The notes: generated by a model from the sequence alone, not told the origin. Shown: positions 49,097-57,959, counted from the first letter of the stretch. The stretch: DNA of 64,000 nt from an uncultured Actinomycetota bacterium (GCA_963736655.1 CAVTPM010000015.1:455449-519448), one strand, 5' to 3'. Made by a program: numbers and translations.

Positions 49097-50552
49097 TCAC
49101 TCGGGGATCAGGAACCAGCCGGGCCGCGCCTTGGCCTTGTAGATGAACAGGTGGTGCAGCATCGCCTTGATCCAGTGGGCGCCGAGGCCGATCTCGCCGT
49201 AGGTGTCCTTGGCGCTGCGACCGGTGCCGGGGTAGGTCTGGTAGTCCGGCACGACGGGGTACATGGTCATGGCCGCTGCGGTGCCCTTGCGGAGGCCGGA
49301 GCCCGCCGAGGCCACGCAGGCCGCTCCCATCGATGCCATGGACGCGGTGTGCGTCGGCTTCACGGCCCCGCGGGTGATCATGTCGACGATGGTGAGGGCC
49401 ACGGTGCGACCCATCACGCCCGACGGCATTCCCGTGCGCGGGGGCGCCGGCGCGATGAGGGTGCCGTTGGCGCTCGTGCGCGGCTGGGAGATCTGGTGCG
49501 GCGGAGCGAACGCGATGCCGACGCCGAACACGTTCGGGTACCGGGGGGTCTGGTAGGTGCTCGGCCAGTCCGCCGCCTGCCACTGGTCGTACGGCTTGGC
49601 CGTGTAGTCCGCATCGACCTTCATGAACCCGCTCGGGGCGAACACCTCGGAGGTGATGTCGGCGCCGCTGGCGTCGTACGCCTTCAGGTCCGCGCCCCTG
49701 AACGGGGGCAGCAGCATGGCGAAGTCGAAGGCGAGGGTGCTGCGGGAGCCGTCGAGCGGCTCGTAGTGGATGACTCCTGGCTCGATCTTCTCCACGTGCG
49801 CCTGGGTGATGGCGCGCACGCCGCGCTCGCGGAACAGCGACTCGGTCCACAGCTTGCTCGTGGTCTCGAAGCCCTGCTGGGTGAAGGTCATGCCGCCGAC
49901 CCCGAAGTCGCCGAGGTCGAACTCGTTGGTGAGGTAGACCACGTCGGCGAGGTCTCGCACGCCGGCCCGGCGCAGCTCGTGCTCGACGTTGAAGGCGTAC
50001 TCGAACGCCGCGCCTTCGCAGGTGCAGGTGCCGTGCCCGACGCCGATGACCAGGGTCTGGCGCTGGCCGGCGCGCAGCCGATCCATGACCTCGGCCAGCT
50101 CCGACGCCGCCTCGACCGCGTGTCCGGGTGTGCACACCGAGACGGTGTGCCCGTCGGGCCGAGACCGGGGTGGCAGCGAAGTTGAGCTTGGGGCCGGTGG
50201 CGTTGATCAGGAAGTCGTACGCGAGGCGGGCCTCTTCCCCGGAACGCGCCGGGTCGGTGTAGGTGATGTCGACGTACGGCGCGGGATGCCCGGCATCGCC
50301 CTCGGGGTGGAGGGCGACGCCGAGCGCCTGGTGGAACTCGATCCCCTTGCGCCGGTAGATGGGCGCGAGCGGGAACGTCACCTGCTCGGTGCCCATCGCG
50401 CCGACGCCGACCCAGATGTTCGACGGGATCCAGTTCCACTTCGAGTTCGGCGACACGACGACGACGTCATGCTCCTTGCCCAGCTTGCGACGCAGGTGCA
50501 GCGCCGCTGTGTGGCCGGAGATGCCGGCTCCCAGGACTACGACTCGTGCCAT
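49097..50552 (-). pseudogene. sqr: Sulfide:quinone oxidoreductase, two 1-nt deletions 11 nt apart (~50150)
   Basis: MARVVVLGAGISGHTAALHL...LINATGPKLNFAATP is in ORF 49092..50552(-). It continues ...DGHTVSVCTPGHAVEAA...VIGVGHGTCTCEGAAFEYAFN... in ORF 49097..50137(-). The coding strand reads ACCCCGGTCTCGGCCCGAC, where ATPGLGPD needs one more C in each C-run. Confidence 0.85.
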
Positions 50553-50583
50553 CGGGACTCCTCGTCGAGGGTGGGCGGGCGCA

Positions 50584-51690
50584 TCATCGGGGGGACGGCT
50601 GGAGGCCCTCGTCGGGCTGACTGGCCGGGGCGCTGCGGCGCGACAGACGTACGGTCACGATGGACACGTAGCTCCACAGTGCGGCCAGGACGAGCGTGCC
50701 GAGCAGGCCCGCCACCTGCACCGCGGTCACGTCGCTGACGACGCCGACGGCAGCCAGCGACAGGGTCATGGCGCCGACGGGGAACACGAAGCCCCACCAG
50801 CCGGGGTGGACCGGCGGTCCTCCCGTTCGCCGCACCCTGGCCAGTTCGAGGCCCGCGAAGGCGGCCCACCACAGGCCGAACCCGATCCCCATGGCTGCGA
50901 CGACGAGCCCGGCGGTGGCACTGGTGAACCCGCGACTCCGGCGGCCTCCCCGGCCTGGAACAGGCGCAGGGTGGCGAGCCCGAGGATCCCGGCGGGAGCC
51001 AGTGGGATCCACATCGAGGGTGCCATGGCTGCCGGCATCGGCTCCCGGAGGGCGAGCCGCGCGACGAACAAGGTGAGCACCGTGAGGAACAGCACCACTC
51101 CCACGCCGAGGAACGCGAAACCGAGGAGGAGCAGGAGGGGGGCAGCGGCCGGTTGGCGGTGATGAGGGGCGCCAGCGCGAGCGGCACCAGCAGGGTCATC
51201 ACTGGCGGGATGAGCCAGCCGCCGTTGACCCCTTCGAGCCCGGGCGTCGTCGTCACGATGCCGGAGGCCCAGACCAGCCCCAAGGCCAGAGCCAGCGCCG
51301 TCCCCACGACGAGCAGGGTCGCCGACACGGTCAGCGCGAGACCCGTCGGGACCAGGTCCGGGCCGATCCGCCCCCAGCCGACGGCCAGGACCAGCAACCC
51401 TGCCGGGAGGGTCCCGAGCATGGGGCCATGACTCGCATCACCCAGCTCCGTGCGGAGCGCCGGTCGGTCGTGAGCACGCCTGACGTACCGAGGAAGGAGC
51501 ACGACGGACAGCACCGAGGCCAGGAGCAGGAGCGCAACGGCCATCGGCGTGAGCCAGTGACCACCCCCAGGTCGCAGCCTGGGCCGAGACCGCGAGGGCA
51601 AGCGCCCCCGTCCCCATGACGGCCCCGTACCAGGCCGGGTGGCTGGCGTGGTCGGGCGCCGACCCGGGCGTCCCTCCTCGGAATCGTCAT
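50584..51690 (-). pseudogene. TDT-family (TehA/Mae1/Ssu1-type) anion transporter, probable sulfite/thiosulfate exporter, at least 4 frameshifts
   Basis: The ATG (comp. 51688-51690) overlaps the upstream stop (ATGA). Pieces are: MTIPRRDARVGAR; HPAWYGAVMGTGALALAV (unlisted frame); MAVALLLLASVLSVVLLPRY...GGWLIPPVMTLLVPLALAPLI (ORF 50537..51706); GVVLFLTVLTLFVARLAL...SMWIPLAPAGILGLA (ORF 50766..51104); GLVVAAMGIGFGLWWAAFAG...WWGFVFPVGAMTLS (ORF 50584..51012). Confidence 0.75.
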
Positions 51691-52160
51691 CGACTCTCCA
51701 CCGCAAGCCGGCGGGTTGGCCCGACGGGGCACGACCGCTCCCCCTCGAGCCGGCGACGAAGCGCGTAGCCGAGCAAGGCCACCGCCACGAGAGCGAGGAA
51801 GGGCTGCAGAGGGGCGAACCACTGCAGGGCGCCGGTGTACCCCAGGGCCAGCAGAGCCACCTTGTTGCACACGGGACAGCCGACCGCGAGGTAGGCGAGG
51901 AACCCGCCGGCCAGGCCGGCGCGAGATCGCTGGTCAGGGTGCCGGTCCCGGCCGGTCGAGGGGGCCTTGACGTACGTCGCCGTCAGCAGCCCGGAGAGCA
52001 CCGCCGTCGCGAGAAGCACCGGCCACGACCACCAGGTCGGATCCACGGCTCGACCGAAGACCGGGTTGGCGACGAGATCGGTGGGGATGCCGATGACCAG
52101 CACCGTGATCAGCGCCGCGGCGATAGCGGCAGCCCAACGGACGCGCGGCCAGTCCCTCAA
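51687..52160 (-). CDS. Integral membrane protein with an intramembrane CPVC motif; first gene of the sulfide-oxidation operon
   Basis: 157-aa ORF with 4 hydrophobic segments and ...FLAYLAVGCPVCNKVALLALGYTGALQWFAPLQPFLALVAVALLGY. The family is not recognised. Confidence 0.6.
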   Translation of the reverse strand: MRDWPRVRWAAAIAAALITVLVIGIPTDLVANPVFGRAVDPTWWSWPVLLATAVLSGLLTATYVKAPSTGRDRHPDQRSRAGLAGGFLAYLAVGCPVCNKVALLALGYTGALQWFAPLQPFLALVAVALLGYALRRRLEGERSCPVGPTRRLAVESR

Positions 52161-52203
52161 CGTCGCTCCCCCTCGGTTTCGTCTCTCCTCGGTCAGTTCG
52201 GAC

Positions 52204-52221
52204 TATACCCTAGGGGGTATA
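52204..52221. promoter_or_regulatory. TATACCC-TAGG-GGGTATA inverted repeat; CsoR/CstR-type operator-like site upstream of the sulfide-oxidation operon
   Basis: Read directly (gacTATACCCTAGGGGGTATATcc). It lies 44-61 nt upstream of the start at 52160, in the 94-nt gap after the VOC gene. The G/C core flanked by ATA/TAT arms is the general form of CsoR-family operators. Confidence 0.45.
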
Positions 52222-52254
52222 TCCCGAAGGACTCGTCGTCGAGGTGGGCGACGA

Positions 52255-52701
52255 TCAGGACGCGTCGGCACCCATCGCGACCGTGCCGTCGGAGAGCACC
52301 GGTGAGATGAGGCCGAAGATGTTGCCGTCCGGATCCAGGAGGTAGCCGCCGCGGCCGATGCCGGGCCAGTCGGTGGCCGGTAGCGCTTCGACCCCGCCGA
52401 GCTCGACGCCGCGCCTCATCAACCCGTCGACATCGTCGACGCCGATGACGATGTTGCAGCCGTTGACCGGTGCACCCGCCTCGGGACGAGGACCGTCTCG
52501 CTGGGTCAGGCCGCCGTTGATCCCCAGACCCTTCTCCGCGTCGGCATTGCCGATCGCGCCCTCGCCGGTGTCGATGACCCAGTACGGCTGGTCAGGGCCG
52601 CCGTAGTCCTGGAAGGTCCACCCGAGGAGGCTCGAGTAGTAGTCGATCAGCTGGTGCGGCTCGGTGGCGTGGATCTCGAAGTGGACGACCAGGTTGCCCA
52701 T
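52255..52701 (-). CDS. VOC (glyoxalase) family protein
   Basis: 148-aa ORF: MGNLVVHFEIHATEPHQLIDYYSSLLGW...GYLLDPDGNIFGLI. Confidence 0.85.
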   Translation of the reverse strand: MGNLVVHFEIHATEPHQLIDYYSSLLGWTFQDYGGPDQPYWVIDTGEGAIGNADAEKGLGINGGLTQRDGPRPEAGAPVNGCNIVIGVDDVDGLMRRGVELGGVEALPATDWPGIGRGGYLLDPDGNIFGLISPVLSDGTVAMGADAS

Positions 52702-52801
52702 GTCGTGGCTCCCCTTCCGCGCTGGGTCCGGTTGACTGGCCCCAGTATCCCCGCCGCCCCTCGCGTCGCCAACGCGTCAGCCAGGCGTCAAGGGTTGGCT
52801 C

Positions 52802-52856
52802 GAGGACTGCGCTGTCGCCCTCCCGGACCCCGGGTACGGGCGACAGCGCAGTCCTC
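52802..52856 (-). terminator. 19-bp perfect stem hairpin (gaggactgcgctgtcgccc / gggcgacagcgcagtcctc, 17-nt loop) after the PD40 gene
   Basis: Read directly. It lies 31 nt beyond the stop at 52887 on the minus strand. There is no clear U-tract. Confidence 0.5.
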
Positions 52857-52886
52857 AGAGTCGTGCGCCTGCTGGCCTGGTCAGGA

Positions 52887-53831
52887 TCAGGCCCGCTGGG
52901 CGACGTAGATGTCGCCGCTGCGTCCGAAGTACAGCCGCTGACCGTCACCGGACAGCGAAGGTCGGGACTCACCGGCCACGGTGTTGACCGTGTCACCTAG
53001 GTTGACCGGCGCACCCCACGGACCCCACGCGCACCACTTCTTGGACTGGCCACGAGTCGCGGTATAGATGTCGGAGGCACCCAGGCCACCGGGCCGGGAC
53101 GAGGCGAACACGATCTCCCGGCCGTCGCGGCTGACGTTGGGCATGAAGTCGTCGTAGCCGACGACGTTGAGCTCGGTCACGGCCTCAGGCGCACCGAACC
53201 GCAGCCCGTGCCGCAGCGGGGACCGGTAGATGTCCTGGGTCCCGGCACCGATCGGGTCACCCGTGGAGAAGTACAGGAAAGCGCCCGGGCCAGCACGCAC
53301 CAACGATGGCCCGTACTCCATGCCCGGACCGTTCGGCCCATCGGGAGCACACCCCAGGTTGCGGGGCTCGGTCCACTCCCCCGTGATCCAGCTCCGGTGA
53401 GTGAGGTAGATGTCACCCAGCCCGCACGCCACGGTCCCGTAGGCATCCGTGCCGCCCCGGGTCGACACGAACAGGAGCGCGCCACTGGGCAGCGGGGTCG
53501 GGCAGAAGTCCTGAGCATCGCTGTTCACCGGAGCCGGCAACATCATCGGCTCCCCGAAGTTGTCGGCCGTGCTCGCCCGCGTCGCCATCCAGATGTCGTT
53601 GTCACCGCCCGGTCCACGCACCGAGGCGAAGAACAAAGCCTTGCCGTTCGGGGCTTCGATCGGACAGCCATCGGCCGCCACCGGGTCATTCACCACTGGG
53701 ACCACCGTTGCGGTCTCCCACCCACCCGGGTCCGACCCAGCCTGGGCCGGGGAGCCGAACCCCACTCCGACACCCATCACGATCATCAGCCCGGCAGCCG
53801 AGGCCACCAGACTCCTGCGGAAGGTACTCAT
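52887..53831 (-). CDS. Secreted PD40/TolB-like beta-propeller repeat protein
   Basis: Intact 314-aa ORF. Signal peptide is MSTFRRSLVASAAGLMIVMGVGVGFGSPAQA. Repeated motifs: ALFFASVRGPGGDNDIWMA, LLFVSTRGG, MPNVSRDGREIVFASSRPGGLGASDIY, RPSLSGDGQRLYF. Confidence 0.8.
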   Translation of the reverse strand: MSTFRRSLVASAAGLMIVMGVGVGFGSPAQAGSDPGGWETATVVPVVNDPVAADGCPIEAPNGKALFFASVRGPGGDNDIWMATRASTADNFGEPMMLPAPVNSDAQDFCPTPLPSGALLFVSTRGGTDAYGTVACGLGDIYLTHRSWITGEWTEPRNLGCAPDGPNGPGMEYGPSLVRAGPGAFLYFSTGDPIGAGTQDIYRSPLRHGLRFGAPEAVTELNVVGYDDFMPNVSRDGREIVFASSRPGGLGASDIYTATRGQSKKWCAWGPWGAPVNLGDTVNTVAGESRPSLSGDGQRLYFGRSGDIYVAQRA

Positions 53832-53942
53832 CAGCCATCTCCTCTGTCGAGTCTGGAAACAGAACGTGCGTCGAGAGACCGGCCCTGTAGGGCAGGTCGG
53901 GAGGTGAGGGGGAGCAGGCAGGTCGCGGGGCGCCTCAGCGCC

Positions 53943-54803
53943 TCAACCTGCTTCGTTAGCGTGCTCCGTTAGCCTGCTTCGTTCGTCGCCGCCACGTAGT
54001 CGGCGATGGTCTGCTGCCAGAGCGCGGACCACGTCGGCCATTCCGCTGGACGTCACCTCCACCTCGTCCTTGTTCATGAACGTGGCGCAGGCCTTGGGTG
54101 ACCGAGGGGCGCAGCGGGAGTCCGTCGGGGGGTTCTCCTCGAGCCAGGCGGCCACCGCGTCAAGGTAGGGAGAGATGCCGTTCGTCTGCCAGCGCATCTC
54201 AGTGTCCGCTGACTGGATCTTGCCGTCCTGCGCGATGACGACGATCCTGTTGTCGGGGAAGGGACCTTGGCCGACCTCCCGTGAGCCCAACAGGTGCAGG
54301 CTGTAAGGGCACTCAAAGACGAAGACGTTCAAGAAGGTCTCGTACGACTGGGTGCACGGCTCGAGCAGGTACTCGACGCTCCAGGCCGCGTCGCGTTTCA
54401 TCTCCGTCTCCCACGTCGACGCCGGCGGGGACAGGCCCGGCTCGAGGTAGGGGGCCAGCAGTTCCGTGTCGTGAGCCGCGAAGGCAGCGGCAACGGCCTC
54501 GGCGGCGGCCAGGTTGGCGGCGCTGGTCGCATCCGGGACTGTGGCAGCAGGCAGCTGGCTGCCCTCCCGATCCGGGTCCGAGGACCAAAGTGCCACCCCG
54601 ACGGCCAATCCGACGACGGCGGCAGCAACCCCGGCAACGACCCAACGGCGTAGATCCCGCCGCGGCTGACCGACGACCGCAGACTGGAACTGCCGGTACT
54701 CTTCCTCGGTCTTCGTCCGGCTCATGGCAACCTCCGCGCGTCGACGCAGTAGCGCGGTCAGCTCACGCTCCACCTGCTGCGTGTCCATCACCGCACCCCC
54801 CAT
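53943..54803 (-). CDS. Single-pass membrane protein downstream of an ECF sigma (anti-sigma-like position); C-terminus possibly frameshifted
   Basis: 286-aa ORF with TM segment WVVAGVAAAVVGLAVGVALW after a ~55-aa N-terminal part. It overlaps the sigma gene stop. An alternative frame at the end reads EWPTWSALWQQTIADYVAATNEAG*, with a stop at 53969. Confidence 0.55.
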   Translation of the reverse strand: MGGAVMDTQQVERELTALLRRRAEVAMSRTKTEEEYRQFQSAVVGQPRRDLRRWVVAGVAAAVVGLAVGVALWSSDPDREGSQLPAATVPDATSAANLAAAEAVAAAFAAHDTELLAPYLEPGLSPPASTWETEMKRDAAWSVEYLLEPCTQSYETFLNVFVFECPYSLHLLGSREVGQGPFPDNRIVVIAQDGKIQSADTEMRWQTNGISPYLDAVAAWLEENPPTDSRCAPRSPKACATFMNKDEVEVTSSGMADVVRALAADHRRLRGGDERSRLTEHANEAG

Positions 54804-55339
54804 TCCCGAGCGAGCGCGGCGATCCCGCGGCTCGCGTGCTTCTTGACCGAGCCCGCTGACACGCCCAAGGTGTCGGCGATCTGGGCCTCGGTCTGGTCGA
54901 GGTAGTAGCGCAACACCAGCACCTGCCGCTGACGCTGTGGTAGCGCGCCGATCGCAGCCCAGAGCAGGTCAGCCTCCTGGTGCGCGACCGCCGTGTTCTC
55001 CGCAGACTCCAGCAGTTCCGAACGCGGAACCAGCCGGAGGACAGCGGCCTGCCCCCGGCCTTTGCGGCGCAGTGAGTCGCGACCACCGTTGACGACGGCC
55101 TTGGTGAGGAACTCGAGGGCCGCGTTCGGGTCACGCAGATGGCGCCACCGGCGGTACAAGCCGGCGAACGCATCCTGGACCACGTCCTCGGCCGCTCGCC
55201 GGTCGTCGACGAGCAACGATGCCAAGCCGACCAACCGTCGGTGATGCGCCACGAACAACGCCGCGACGGTCGAGTCCCGGTCGCCGACCACCGTTGGCGA
55301 TCGCCGTTCCGGGCTGAGGCCCCACTCGTCGTTCTCCAT
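54788..55339 (-). CDS. ECF-type RNA polymerase sigma-70 factor
   Basis: ORF 54788..55402(-) from MENDEWG. Region 2 is AAEDVVQDAFAGLYRRWRHLRDPNAALEFLTKAVVN. Region 4 is LPQRQRQVLVLRYYLDQTEAQIADTLGVSAGSVKKHASRG. Confidence 0.85.
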   Translation of the reverse strand: MENDEWGLSPERRSPTVVGDRDSTVAALFVAHHRRLVGLASLLVDDRRAAEDVVQDAFAGLYRRWRHLRDPNAALEFLTKAVVNGGRDSLRRKGRGQAAVLRLVPRSELLESAENTAVAHQEADLLWAAIGALPQRQRQVLVLRYYLDQTEAQIADTLGVSAGSVKKHASRGIAALAREWGVR

Positions 55340-55486
55340 CACGGTGCTCACATGGGATAAGACGACGCTGCACGCCCAAGGTTGACAGCCAAGAGCAGCC
55401 AATACCGGCTCAGCCGATAAATCCCTTGCGCCCTCGGACTCGCTGTCGACGCGCTTCTGGTTCGTCTCCGCCCACCACGGGGAGTG

Positions 55487-55909
55487 TCAGGGGAGGTGCC
55501 CGGCACGTCGAACGCGAGCGCCCACTCCTGCGATCAGCTGGTCGAGCGCGTCGACGCCGCCGGACCGATAGGCGATCCAGTCCGGGCCGGCCTCGCGTGC
55601 GCGCAGGTTCGCCAGCTGCTGAGACCACAGCTCGCGGGTACGTGCCGCGGTGTCGATGCAGTCAGCGTCGAAGCGGTCGAGATCATCCGGAGCGTTCAGC
55701 CTGCTGACCTCGCGCAGCGCCGCCCAACGACCCTCGTGGTACTTGATGGCGGGGACCGGTCCGGCTGCTGACGAGAGGGCGCACAGGGACGCACCACCGG
55801 TTGCTGCCATGAGGTCAGAGCTGGCGCGCTCGAGCTCCTGCGCGAGGAGCTCCCCGCACCTCGCTCGGCGGTTCCTCGAATCTCCGCCACTCGCTCGGTC
55901 CGAGCTCAT
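55487..55909 (-). CDS. Hypothetical protein, translationally coupled to the PIG-L gene
   Basis: ORF 55487..55945(-). An ATG at comp. 55907-55909 overlaps the PIG-L stop (ATGA). No motif recognised (…PAIKYHEGRWAALREV…). Confidence 0.5.
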   Translation of the reverse strand: MSSDRASGGDSRNRRARCGELLAQELERASSDLMAATGGASLCALSSAAGPVPAIKYHEGRWAALREVSRLNAPDDLDRFDADCIDTAARTRELWSQQLANLRAREAGPDWIAYRSGGVDALDQLIAGVGARVRRAGHLP

Positions 55910-56640
55910 CGCGACCTCGCTCGACCCGGGGCCGTCACCAGCCATCGGAGGTACTCGCGGTCACCTAGCAGGTCGAGCCGTCGCCACAGCACGCTGCCTG
56001 GGACCGCTTGGCTGGGGTGGCAGCGGGCAGCCCGCAGCTGAGCGGTCCTGTCGACCTCGAGGACGATGTCGATCTGGCCCTCCGGTCGACCGCCGAACGC
56101 CGCCCCCGACTCCTCGGCCAGCACCCGCGCCACGTCGGCGGGCAGGGTCCAGGCCAGTGCACCCAGACCCAGCAGCTCGGCGGTCAGCCCCGCGACCTCC
56201 GTGGCGCGAACGTGGTCGGGGTGACCGGTCACTCCGTCGGAGCAGAACGCGACCAGCCCGTCAGCCGAGGCTTCCCGAGCGAAGTCGCTCGCCTGCTTGG
56301 CCAGCGTGTCCAAGCTGATCGGGGCCAGGGCGCCGTCCGGGTAGTCCAGGAGCTTCACGTGGTGCACACCGAGGGCGTCTGCCGCGTCGCCGAGCTCGCG
56401 AGCCCGAACCGTCGCCAGGTCACCGTCGACGCCGTGCAGCGTCGACGCCTCTCCGTGGGTCAGGCACAGCACCGAGACCTCGGCTCCGTTCGCGGCGAAG
56501 GTGCTGAGGATCGCGCCCAGCCCGAAGGACTCGTCGTCGGGGTGGGCCACCACCGCCACGACGGAGCGCCAGTCCGGGAGCGCGTGCGCGGGGCTCACCA
56601 TGCCGCAGAACCCCTCATCGACGCGCACCGGCCGGAGCAT
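55906..56640 (-). CDS. PIG-L family deacetylase (LmbE/MshB/Mca-like)
   Basis: C-terminal part of ORF 55906..57228(-): SVVAVVAHPDDESFGLGAIL...VLCLTHGEAS...VTGHPDH. Possible starts are 56601, 56640 or 56712. Confidence 0.8.
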   Translation of the reverse strand: MLRPVRVDEGFCGMVSPAHALPDWRSVVAVVAHPDDESFGLGAILSTFAANGAEVSVLCLTHGEASTLHGVDGDLATVRARELGDAADALGVHHVKLLDYPDGALAPISLDTLAKQASDFAREASADGLVAFCSDGVTGHPDHVRATEVAGLTAELLGLGALAWTLPADVARVLAEESGAAFGGRPEGQIDIVLEVDRTAQLRAARCHPSQAVPGSVLWRRLDLLGDREYLRWLVTAPGRARSR

Positions 56641-56728
56641 CTGAGCCTCGTCGCGCAGGTACGTGTATCCCTTCGGGCGTCGCGTGCGTCTATGGATCGA
56701 CAGCAACTCCATCTGAAGGGACCTCCCC

Positions 56729-56953
56729 ATGTCCGCCAATGTCAGCACCCTCGACAGGATCATCCGCCTCGTGGTCGCGATCGTCGCGACGATCGCCGCG
56801 TTCGCGGTGGGCGCCTCGAGCCTGCTCGGCATCATCCTGCTCGTCGTCGCCGTCGTCATGGTGGTGACCGCAGCCGTCGGCTTCTGCCCGCTGTACCGCC
56901 TGCTGGGCGTGCGCACGCGAAAGGCTCCCGAGTCCGTCGGCATGGGGCGCTGA
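56729..56953 (+). CDS. DUF2892 (YgaP-like) small membrane protein
   Basis: 74-aa ORF: NVSTLDRIIRLVVAIVATIAAF...VTAAVGFCPLYRLLGV. Confidence 0.7.
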   Translation: MSANVSTLDRIIRLVVAIVATIAAFAVGASSLLGIILLVVAVVMVVTAAVGFCPLYRLLGVRTRKAPESVGMGR

Positions 56954-56965
56954 CCACCAACCGTG

Positions 56966-57005
56966 GTAGCGACCACGATACCCCCGGGGGTATCGTGGTC
57001 GCTAC
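56966..57005. promoter_or_regulatory. Perfect 40-bp palindrome GTAGCGACCACGATACCCCC|GGGGGTATCGTGGTCGCTAC; CsoR/CstR-type operator-like core and/or terminator hairpin
   Basis: Read directly. It begins 13 nt after the DUF2892 stop and ends 27 nt before the small Cys-rich ORF. The core ATACCCCCGGGGGTAT resembles the 52204-52221 site. Identical peptides (SDHDTPGGIVVAT) in ORFs on both strands confirm the symmetry. Confidence 0.5.
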
Positions 57006-57031
57006 GTCCCTCGACTGAAAGGTCGCTCTCC

Positions 57032-57148
57032 ATGTGTAGCCCCGCCCTCTGCAACAGCTGCCGCAACGTCACCTGGTCCGGTTGCGGCGCGCACGCCTCC
57101 GCGGTCCTGGCCAGCGTGCCGCCGGAGAAGCGCTGTACCTGCCGGTAG
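57032..57148 (+). CDS. Small Cys-rich protein (38 aa), paralogue of 46939..47106
   Basis: ATG at 57032: MCSPALCNSCRNVTWSGCGAHASAVLASVPPEKRCTCR* (tail of ORF 56963..57148). It shares M-C-x4-C-x2-C-x4-WSGCG-x-H...VP-x2-KRC-x-C with the other copy, 17 of 37 identical by my alignment. Confidence 0.55.
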   Translation: MCSPALCNSCRNVTWSGCGAHASAVLASVPPEKRCTCR

Positions 57149-57157
57149 GGGTAGACC

Positions 57158-57959
57158 GTGCCCACGTACGTCCTTGCCGCGAGCCAGGCGTTCTCTGACG
57201 AGCTCGTCGGCCAGCTGCCCGGTCTCATGCGCTACGCACGCACGCTCGCCTGGGACGAGCGGCGGGCCGAGGACCTCGTCCACGACACCGTGGTGCGAGC
57301 CCTCGAGCGGTCCGGCTCCTTCGACGGCAGGTCGTCGCTGGCGACCTGGCTGCACCGGATCCTGCACAACCTCGCCGTGGACCAGGCCCGTCGCCGTCGC
57401 GAGCTACCCGCAGACCTCGACGAGCCCGCCGGAGAGCAGGTCGACCGGCTCTGGGCCGACGACCGCTACACGGTGAACGTGGCCGTGGTGACCGAGAGAT
57501 CCGAGAGTCGCGAGCAGGTGCAGGACGCCCTGCTGCGCCTGCCCCTCATCTACCGCTCGGCGGTGGCCTTGCACGACATGGAGGGCCTCACGGTCGCCGA
57601 GATCGCCGAGGTGCAGGCGATCAACCTCTCCGCAGCCAAGCAGCGACTCCGGCGCGGGCGGATGATGCTGGTCTCCGAGCTGGCCGCACCCACCTCTCCT
57701 CCCCAGACTCCCGAGCTCCCGCTGCGTTGCTGGGACGCCCGCAGTCGCGTCTCCGACTACATGGACGACGACCTCGCCGAGTCGCGACCGGCTGCTGCTC
57801 GAACGACACCTCCAGGCGTGCCCCACGTGCCCCCCGCTCTACGCGGGGCTCGTCGGCGTACGCGCGGCTCTCGGGTCGCGACGCGACACCGACGAGGCGG
57901 TGCCGGCCGGGCTCGCCGAGCGGATCCGCGAGCGGCTGCAGCCCTCGCCCGGGGCGTAG
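57158..57959 (+). pseudogene. ECF sigma factor fused to a C-terminal ZAS (zf-HC2, HxxxCxxC) anti-sigma-type domain, one frameshift (~57790)
   Basis: GTG at 57158. Region 2 is RRAEDLVHDTVVRALERSGSFDGRSSLATWLHRILHNLAVDQARR. Region 4 is LPLIYRSAVALHDMEGLTVAEIAEVQAINLSAAKQRLRRG. Next comes CWDARSRVSDYMDDDLAES. A shifted frame gives DRLLLERHLQACPTCPPLYAGLVGVRAALGSRRDTDEAVPAGLAERIRERLQPSPGA*, with a stop at 57957-57959. Confidence 0.8.

Noticed and set aside
53947-53983. Short direct repeat (cctgcttcgtt x2, cgttagc x2) at the 3' end of the anti-sigma-like gene. It makes two frames both end in NEAG*.
   Set aside because: The repeat unit is only ~11 bp and there are two copies. It probably reflects a small local duplication or slippage. 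It is noted in the feature evidence but is not independently interesting.
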